In this document: positions 57,468 to 64,000 of the stretch, piece after piece
How positions within the stretch are numbered: position 1 is the stretch's first letter
Layout: every line of letters starts with the position of its first letter
IMG/VR virus record: IMGVR_UViG_3300010365_001574
DNA length: 64,000 bases
DNA from: an uncultured virus (IMG/VR IMGVR_UViG_3300010365_001574)
Lineage: Duplodnaviria; Heunggongvirae; Uroviricota; Caudoviricetes
Reading direction: 5' to 3' (one strand)
Program-made: the position numbers and the translations under genes
The notes under the pieces: generated by a model
Told to the model about the DNA's origin: nothing
What the model saw: the letters and a program-made list of their open reading frames with translations, nothing else
Databases searched by the model: none

Positions 57468-58222
57468 TGAAAACAAATATAGAAAAAATCTGTAACTATA
57501 CAGAAGATACTAAAAATCCTTATCAACCTACTATAGCTCTATCTTATATTGATATGGTAACAGAAGATGAAGATGCTCATCAAAGAGAAATAAAAAGACA
57601 AAATAGAGAATTGGCTATTGATATTATTTTAGATGAGAAAGATGAAAGTGAATGGGAAAATAGAAATAATAATATTGTATTTGGTTTTGATTCAGGTTAT
57701 ACATCTACAATAAGTCCTAAAATATTTACAGTAAATACAATAGCAAAAAACTTTACTTCTTTTAAAGATTTAGAATATGATGTTTTTACTAAATTAGAAA
57801 GTTTAACTAAGAATAAACCTGTTAGTAACAATTCAATGGTAAATACCTTAGATATTAATATATCAAATATAAGTTCATCCTATGATTTTGAAGCATTACA
57901 AAGAAGAGTTGTGTCAAAAATTATGGCTTGTACAAATATTGTTGCAATGGAAAATAGAAAAGGACCAGCAAATACAATAATTGTAGGTATAAATGTTGCT
58001 AAGTATATAGAAACAAGAGATATGAACATATCAAATATGTTTGTTGGTTTAGATATAGTAATAACACCTTATATTGATAAAGATAAGATAATAGTTATGA
58101 GAGTGGAAAACTCTATAGGAACTGGCCTCAATGTTATAGTAAAACCAAATGACAATAAGTATTATATGGTAGAAACACCACAATCTTGGGAAAAGACCAT
58201 GAAATGGTTCTGGATAAAATAA
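57467..58222 (+). CDS. Truncated major-capsid-protein paralog
   Basis: ALQRRVVSKIMACTNIVAMENRKGPANTIIV vs capsid AIQRKLITRIAHASNYIATEGRVGPAQYLIT, plus other collinear blocks. Confidence 0.75.
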   Translation: MKTNIEKICNYTEDTKNPYQPTIALSYIDMVTEDEDAHQREIKRQNRELAIDIILDEKDESEWENRNNNIVFGFDSGYTSTISPKIFTVNTIAKNFTSFKDLEYDVFTKLESLTKNKPVSNNSMVNTLDINISNISSSYDFEALQRRVVSKIMACTNIVAMENRKGPANTIIVGINVAKYIETRDMNISNMFVGLDIVITPYIDKDKIIVMRVENSIGTGLNVIVKPNDNKYYMVETPQSWEKTMKWFWIK

Positions 58223-58223
58223 A

Positions 58224-58249
58224 TAAAACCACTCATTGAGTGGTTTTTT
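58224..58249. terminator. Bidirectional terminator
   Basis: aaaaCCACTCAtTGAGTGGtttttt. Confidence 0.75.
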
Positions 58250-58784
58250 AGTTTCTTGATTGAACTCTTATTTTATCATACTTTAACATTAACTTATACA
58301 TACTATCCCATTCTTCATTAGGATTCTCAACTAACTTTTCATTCCATTGGTTGTTATTGAAATATTCAACAATCATACCAACTCTAAAATCCTCTTTTTG
58401 TTTTGGTACCCAATATCTTTTTTCTTCAAAGAATGAAAATGACATTCCTTTGTAAATATATGAACTATCACAATTTTCATTATATTTACTCACTCCTAAT
58501 ATTTTCTCAGTTCCTGTATTAAATATCTTTCTTGGTTTATTCTCACCTTTATATTTTATAATTGCAGATTGAACATTAAACTTATCAAGTAGAAATATAA
58601 TATCAGTTCTCAATGAATCACTATCAATAGTACCATATGCCAAAATTGAATCATTGAATACACCTGATTCATAATTTTTCATTTCTAATATTTGATAATC
58701 TCTTGAGTATAATACAGATAAAATATCATCCAATTTATCAGATGATATTAATAAATATGATATTTGAGGATTTTCTAAATTCAT
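58248..58784 (-). CDS. Hypothetical protein
   Basis: ORF track. Confidence 0.7.
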   Translation of the reverse strand: MNLENPQISYLLISSDKLDDILSVLYSRDYQILEMKNYESGVFNDSILAYGTIDSDSLRTDIIFLLDKFNVQSAIIKYKGENKPRKIFNTGTEKILGVSKYNENCDSSYIYKGMSFSFFEEKRYWVPKQKEDFRVGMIVEYFNNNQWNEKLVENPNEEWDSMYKLMLKYDKIRVQSRN

Positions 58785-58800
58785 AGACTATATATTAAAT

Positions 58801-58953
58801 TTATTTAGTAGTAACTCTAAATATCTCTAATAGTTTACCCATACCAATTTGTTTTATTTCTGCAAAATATTCAATTGCTAATTCCTTTGATGGAAAATTT
58901 CCTTTTTTAATAACTTCATCAGAAGTCTTTGTTTTTAGATAAAATGTTTTCAT
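58801..58953 (-). CDS. 50-aa hypothetical protein (not in ORF track)
   Basis: MKTFYLKTKTSDEVIKKGNFPSKELAIEYFAEIKQIGMGKLLEIFRVTTK after AATATATA. Confidence 0.55.
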   Translation of the reverse strand: MKTFYLKTKTSDEVIKKGNFPSKELAIEYFAEIKQIGMGKLLEIFRVTTK

Positions 58954-59030
58954 ACTCTATATATATTTTTTATCAATCTTCTTTTTAGAGAGGTTGGTTA
59001 TTTTTATATATAAATAAAAGTAAAAGTTAT

Positions 59031-59741
59031 ATGAAAAATTGTTCAAAATGTAATATTGAAAAGGAATTAGAATTTTTTCCAAAGGATAAAACTAAAAAAT
59101 GTGGTTATAGTAGTTGTTGTAAAGATTGTAAGAAAAAGTACAGAGAAGATAATAAAGAAATGTTAAAAGAGACTTATAAAAATTACAGAGATAATAATAA
59201 AGAGAATATTAAAAATTATGTAATAAATAATTCAGAAAAGATTAAAGAGTATCAAAAAGAATATAGAAAAAATAACAAAGAGACCAATTCAATTAATCAA
59301 AAAGAATGGTACTATAATAATATTGACAAAGCAAGAAAAGTAAGAAGAGAATATCAAAAAAATAATAAAGAGAAAAGAAACAAAAAAATAAAGAAAAGAA
59401 GACTTGAAGATAATAAATTTAGATTAGTTTCTATAATAAGAACATTGATTTCCAATTCATTTATAAGAAATGGATTTAGTAAAAATTCTAAAACATTTCA
59501 AATATTGGGATGTTCATTTGAGGAATTCAAATTACACTTAGAAAGTAAATTTGAACCTTGGATGAATTGGGAAAATCAAGGATTGTATAATGGTGATTTT
59601 AATTATGGATGGGACATTGATCACATGATACCATCATCAACTGCAAAATGTAAAGATGATGTTATTATTTTAAATCACTTTACTAATTTACAACCATTAT
59701 GTTCAAAAATAAATAGAGATATTAAGAGGGATAATTATTGA
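59031..59741 (+). CDS. HNH homing endonuclease with N-terminal Zn finger
   Basis: CSKC..CKDC; ILGCS..WDIDHMIP..HFTNLQPLCSKIN. Confidence 0.85.
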   Translation: MKNCSKCNIEKELEFFPKDKTKKCGYSSCCKDCKKKYREDNKEMLKETYKNYRDNNKENIKNYVINNSEKIKEYQKEYRKNNKETNSINQKEWYYNNIDKARKVRREYQKNNKEKRNKKIKKRRLEDNKFRLVSIIRTLISNSFIRNGFSKNSKTFQILGCSFEEFKLHLESKFEPWMNWENQGLYNGDFNYGWDIDHMIPSSTAKCKDDVIILNHFTNLQPLCSKINRDIKRDNY

Positions 59742-60960
59742 ATAACTCCTTTAACTTTTTGTTAAATATACTTTTGACAATTTCTCTATATTTCACAGGA
59801 AATACAATTGAATCATGTATTGTTATTATTTTTATATCTGGATAAATATTAATTATAGTTTTTATTATATTATTGAATATCAAATTTGATTCCATTTTTT
59901 GCAAATCATATGCTAATATTTTATAATTTGAAAACTCTTTTTTATACAATTTTATAAAATTATGTATAGTTGGAAAATTGCTTTCAAATAAAATGTCACA
60001 TTTATTATTACTTCTATTCCTACCAAATAGAACTTTATATGTCATCTTTTTAATTGTATTTTTATCAAATTTTGATTTACTCATCATATATTCATAATAT
60101 CCACCACTTTCAACCAAATATGAAAACAACTCAAACTCATTTTGGTCAACCCATTTTGTCCCACTATCTCTTATTATCTTTGACAGAAATAATGGTTGAC
60201 TATTAGAAATATCCAATTCACAAGTTTCCTCACCATCAATCATTAGACAATTCTTTCTAATAAATGACTTCAATATTGTGTAATTTGTATGCATTCTTCC
60301 ATAAGCATCAAAGTGATAAAAGATATGTTTATTATTTATACATTCAACAGAATAAACATTTCTATTATAAATATCATAATCTTGATACTTCAATGAGTCT
60401 AAGAAAAATATTGCTCTATCAAACTCAATATTAACACTAAATAAGTCAGAAACTAACTTTTCTTTAACATCAATATCAATTAATGATTCTTTCTCACCAA
60501 TAGAACTTCCAACCATTTCTACAAACTTACCTTTATACTTTCTCAAAAGTACTTTGTCATAGTTCTTATATCTTTTAATTTTAGATTTAAAAATATCATC
60601 ATCTAATGAATATATTCTTGATGTAACACCTGTTTGATATTGTGTCATAAGTGCAATTATATTATTATCAATAAGATAATTTATATAATAGTTGTATAAG
60701 TAACCATACTTATCTTTTAACACAGTGGCATTAATTGCAAATCTGTTTTCTTTCTTAAAATAATACTTTAAAATTAGACTATGTATTATATCAATTAGAT
60801 AATCTGTCTTTAGTTTTGTCTCTTTATAATTTATAGTTTTTATATTCTCAATATGATATAAACATTCTGGTAAAAATTGAAGTGTAAAAGTTTTATCTTC
60901 TACTCTCTTAGATACTATTTGGCTTGATATTTTATTAGTGATTTTGTTCTCAATATACAT
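59722..60960 (-). CDS. Compact PolA/T7-RNAP-superfamily polymerase-like protein
   Basis: DAYGRMH, ELDISNSQP (motif A), KKMTYKVLFG (motif B), LQKMES, TIHDSI (motif C). Confidence 0.7.
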   Translation of the reverse strand: MYIENKITNKISSQIVSKRVEDKTFTLQFLPECLYHIENIKTINYKETKLKTDYLIDIIHSLILKYYFKKENRFAINATVLKDKYGYLYNYYINYLIDNNIIALMTQYQTGVTSRIYSLDDDIFKSKIKRYKNYDKVLLRKYKGKFVEMVGSSIGEKESLIDIDVKEKLVSDLFSVNIEFDRAIFFLDSLKYQDYDIYNRNVYSVECINNKHIFYHFDAYGRMHTNYTILKSFIRKNCLMIDGEETCELDISNSQPLFLSKIIRDSGTKWVDQNEFELFSYLVESGGYYEYMMSKSKFDKNTIKKMTYKVLFGRNRSNNKCDILFESNFPTIHNFIKLYKKEFSNYKILAYDLQKMESNLIFNNIIKTIINIYPDIKIITIHDSIVFPVKYREIVKSIFNKKLKELFNNYPS

Positions 60961-60976
60961 AGTTTTTATATGAAAA

Positions 60977-61186
60977 TTAAGCCATATGTTTCAAGATTTT
61001 TTCTATTTTTTTCTTTCTCATTTCTCTTCTCAATTCATCACTTAATTCTTTAACTAATTTATCTTCCACATCACTATTAATATACACATTTAAGTCTGTT
61101 GATAATTCAGTTGTCCACTCACTTCTAAGTGGTCTTGATTCTGACTTAACAATAACTTCTTTCATACTTATATTTATCTCATTCAT
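60977..61186 (-). CDS. 69-aa protein resembling an internal gp23 segment plus RKKKIEKIL motif
   Basis: IVKSESRPLRSEWTTELSTDLNVYINSDVEDKLVKELSDEL resembles the T4-type A.sR.Lka.ys.ElaQDL...hg.Da..eL...la.Ei segment. Confidence 0.65.
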   Translation of the reverse strand: MNEINISMKEVIVKSESRPLRSEWTTELSTDLNVYINSDVEDKLVKELSDELRREMRKKKIEKILKHMA

Positions 61187-61240
61187 AAATTTTATTTATC
61201 TCATTCATAAAATTTATATCAAAAATTAAATATATAGTTT

Positions 61241-61573
61241 ATGAGAGAATATTTATTTGTATATGGTCAGTTTAGAGATACTGCTAAAAAGTTATTACAG
61301 GATCCTATTTATTGTGGAAAAGCAACAATTAATGGTAAAATATACAAAGTCAATGATTTTTATCCAGGGTTTGTTGATGGTAAAGGTAAAGTATTAGGTG
61401 ATGTTTATTTAATCAATCCTGAATTGTTTCCAGTACTTGATGAGTTTGAAGGTGATGAGTATATAAGAACCAAAGTAAACACATCAAGTGATATTGAATG
61501 TTGGGTATATAAGTATATACATGATGTTAAAAAATTTGAAGAAGTTAAAGGTGGTGACTGGTGGCTTAGATAA
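61241..61573 (+). CDS. Gamma-glutamylcyclotransferase (AIG2-like)
   Basis: LFVYG, YPG, VLGDVY, LDEFEG, GDW. Confidence 0.85.
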   Translation: MREYLFVYGQFRDTAKKLLQDPIYCGKATINGKIYKVNDFYPGFVDGKGKVLGDVYLINPELFPVLDEFEGDEYIRTKVNTSSDIECWVYKYIHDVKKFEEVKGGDWWLR

Positions 61574-61602
61574 AAAAAACCTACTTATAAAGTAGGTTTT
61601 TT
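61572..61602. terminator. Bidirectional terminator
   Basis: aaaaaaaaCCTACTTataAAGTAGGttttt. Confidence 0.75.
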
Positions 61603-62919
61603 AGTTTGGTTTAATGGTTCAATTGGTAGTTTACCACCTTTTTCACCTTTTTTCTTTTTATTTTCAACTCCTTTTTCAAATTCTGAATAAACATCAGGAT
61701 AAACTTGTCCTTCTGAGTCAGTATCATACTTAATATCAAAGAAATCCTCAAAATCAAGTAATCCTGCTCTTGTCAATTCTATCTCCTGCATTTTACCCAT
61801 ATAATCATTAACATGATTATCAATTGCATCAACAAATACATTAAATAGTTTAACTGTATTCTCTGTAAATACTCCAATTGGTTTTTTCTTTCTTCTGTTA
61901 AATGAACCTAATATAACTTTGAAGATATATTCAAGTTTATCACTCTCATCTATGTATTCTTTTGTTAATTTATTGTTAATTAATTCTGTATTTATTTTGA
62001 ACTTATCTTTATCAAAGAACTCAGGAACTATAAAATCAAAGTCAAGTAAATCAGATTTAACTTCTGAAATATAAATATTAAATAATTTACATATCAAGTA
62101 AATATAAATCTCATCTTTCTTATCACCTTTAAGTTTTACTTGTTCTAAATCAACTGACTGACAGAAATTAAGGAAGTTAAGTAATATCAAAGTGTATATC
62201 TCAACAAACTCAGTATCATTATTCTCACTTAATCTTCTATATAATGGATTTAATAATTCAAATGAAGTATCATTTGATTTACTTCTAATTATTAACTTTT
62301 CAATATTTTTTTGAAATTCATCCTCCATTAAAAATGAGTTTTGTAACATAGGATTCAATATCTTATAGAAGAAGAATGTAAATGACTTTTCTCCAAAGAT
62401 ATATTCTAAATCATCTTCACCAGTATTGATAAAGTATTTAATAGCTTCAACCATTTTATCAGTAAGTTTTCCCTTGAATACAACTGGAATAACATCAACA
62501 TCAAACAATCTAGCAAATTCTTCTAATTCCTCTAATACAAATTCATACTTACCAGATTTATTAATAGATGTTAGAACTAATTTATTTTTAGGAACTCTAT
62601 TATATTCAATATTTGCTGGTTGTTCATCAGGAAAATATTCAAAACAAAAAGACCACTTTCTATTAAGTAAACTTTTTACTCTACCATCCAAATCATTAAA
62701 ATAATTTATTGCAGGATTATAATAGTTCTGCATTGCTAAGTCAATCATATTAATAGGTTCTGCAGATAATGACTTTGGTTTTATTATAAACTCTTTACCA
62801 TTCCAACTAACCCATATTTTTGAACCCTGTATATCCTCAAGAACAATAATCTCATTGTTAAATAATTCATTTAGTAATTCAGTGTCTTGATTATTGTTTA
62901 ATTTTACTAAATTTGACAT
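61585..62919 (-). CDS. RNA-ligase (Rnl2-like) fold protein lacking the catalytic lysines
   Basis: VLEDIQGS (vs EKxDGS), FCFEY, IPVVFKG, IEKLIIR. Confidence 0.5.
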   Translation of the reverse strand: MSNLVKLNNNQDTELLNELFNNEIIVLEDIQGSKIWVSWNGKEFIIKPKSLSAEPINMIDLAMQNYYNPAINYFNDLDGRVKSLLNRKWSFCFEYFPDEQPANIEYNRVPKNKLVLTSINKSGKYEFVLEELEEFARLFDVDVIPVVFKGKLTDKMVEAIKYFINTGEDDLEYIFGEKSFTFFFYKILNPMLQNSFLMEDEFQKNIEKLIIRSKSNDTSFELLNPLYRRLSENNDTEFVEIYTLILLNFLNFCQSVDLEQVKLKGDKKDEIYIYLICKLFNIYISEVKSDLLDFDFIVPEFFDKDKFKINTELINNKLTKEYIDESDKLEYIFKVILGSFNRRKKKPIGVFTENTVKLFNVFVDAIDNHVNDYMGKMQEIELTRAGLLDFEDFFDIKYDTDSEGQVYPDVYSEFEKGVENKKKKGEKGGKLPIEPLNQTKKPTL

Positions 62920-63656
62920 TCTATATTATCTTTTTTTATATCCCTATTTATTTTACTACAAAGAGGTTGTAAATTAGTATAGTGATTCAATTTAAGAACT
63001 TCATCCTCTGTTTTTGCAATTGATATAGGAATTATATGGTCAATATCCCAACCATAGTTTAATTCACCATTATATAATCCATAATTTTCAAAAGTCATCC
63101 AATCTTCAAACTTAGACTCTAAATATGATTTGAACTCTTCAAAGGAACATCCCAATATTTCTATGGTATTTGATTTTTTTCTAAATTTTCTTTCCACTAT
63201 TGATCTTCTAATAGAAGATTTAATATTTTCAGTTATTGCAAATAAAGGATCATTTATCCTCTTATTTTTGGACCAATTTCTTCTATATTCATTTACTAAA
63301 TCTTTATTCTCTAAGTTCCAAATTTTAGCAGTCTCTATCTTACGTTCTTTATTTTCATAATACCATATTTTTGTTCTGTTTGATACACTTTCACTATTTT
63401 CAGAATACCAGCTTTTATAATTACTTCTTATAATTTCTTTATTTGTTTCATAGTAAACCTTTCTCTTATCTTTATTACTATCATTATACTTTTTTTGTAT
63501 AATTTTTATTTTATCTTTATTATTTTCACTATACTCATATAGATATTTTTTCTTACATTCCTTACATTGGTTTATATGACCATCTTTACAACGACTACTT
63601 TTACCAAAAAAGGACAAATCTTTTATAATTTTACAAACTATACATTTTTTACTCAT
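62907..63656 (-). CDS. HNH homing endonuclease, paralog of 59031-59741
   Basis: CIVC..CKEC; ILGCS..WDIDHIIP..HYTNLQPLCSKINRDIK. Confidence 0.85.
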   Translation of the reverse strand: MSKKCIVCKIIKDLSFFGKSSRCKDGHINQCKECKKKYLYEYSENNKDKIKIIQKKYNDSNKDKRKVYYETNKEIIRSNYKSWYSENSESVSNRTKIWYYENKERKIETAKIWNLENKDLVNEYRRNWSKNKRINDPLFAITENIKSSIRRSIVERKFRKKSNTIEILGCSFEEFKSYLESKFEDWMTFENYGLYNGELNYGWDIDHIIPISIAKTEDEVLKLNHYTNLQPLCSKINRDIKKDNIECQI

Positions 63657-63692
63657 AATTTGATTTCTTTTTTATATCAAACATATATATTG

Positions 63693-63980
63693 TTATTCCT
63701 CTTGTTTATCATTAAAAAATGATACTATTGTATCTAAATTCTCCTTACTAAAACCATCTAATGTACCACCACCTGCTTTTAGATAGTCTTGATACATTTG
63801 ATTATACTCATCCATTGTATAAATTCTACCACCAATTTCACTATAAATTACATCAGTATCAAATGAATTTATTGTTTTATTTTGTAATCCAGTCTCACCA
63901 TATGCAGGTCCAATTGGACCTATAAGTTCAGTACCACTAAGTTCTTCTTTTATAAAATCAACATACTTTTTAATCTCCAT
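63693..63980 (-). CDS. Hypothetical protein with CTS-like leader MEIKKYVDFIKEE
   Basis: ORF track. Confidence 0.7.
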   Translation of the reverse strand: MEIKKYVDFIKEELSGTELIGPIGPAYGETGLQNKTINSFDTDVIYSEIGGRIYTMDEYNQMYQDYLKAGGGTLDGFSKENLDTIVSFFNDKQEE

Positions 63981-64000
63981 TTTTAACTTCTAATTTTTCA

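Noticed and set aside
1..64000. Alternative genetic code (stop-codon reassignment)
   Set aside because: Core genes are full length in code 11, and TAG/TGA end genes at expected positions (e.g. portal).

Overview
A 64-kb segment of an extremely AT-rich, T4-related (jumbo-type) myovirus genome. The host is most likely Bacteroidota/Flavobacterium-like, judged from TAnnTTTG host-type promoters, Bacteroidota-style signal peptides and a tmRNA tag starting with Gly. Core genes include major capsid (gp23), a fused prohead protease/scaffold with 11 x 14-aa repeats, portal (gp20), gp2-, gp4-, gp15-, gp25-, gp44-, gp55- and UvsY-like genes, tail fibre genes, thyA and a Dam-like methylase. RNA and translation functions include a tmRNA, an RNase R split in two by a composite endonuclease insertion, and NFACT-R, WYL, 2H-phosphoesterase, nucleotidyltransferase and degenerate RNA-ligase proteins. 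About 15 free-standing homing endonuclease genes occupy roughly 18% of the window, and five are paired with tiny ribbon-helix-helix-like genes. Two short peptide signatures cut across the accessory genes. (1) An N-terminal MKyLkxF(E/D)xF..E leader, resembling the T4 capsid-targeting sequence, occurs on about 15 proteins. (2) An R-x-x-K-(I/L)-x-x-(L/I)-(L/I) motif occurs on about 9 small proteins, five of which look like truncated, catalytically dead copies of virion assembly proteins (capsid x2, prohead protease x2, tail sheath). This second group is my best candidate for an undescribed system: structural-protein decoys or adaptors. All assignments come from motif reading by eye; no searches were run.
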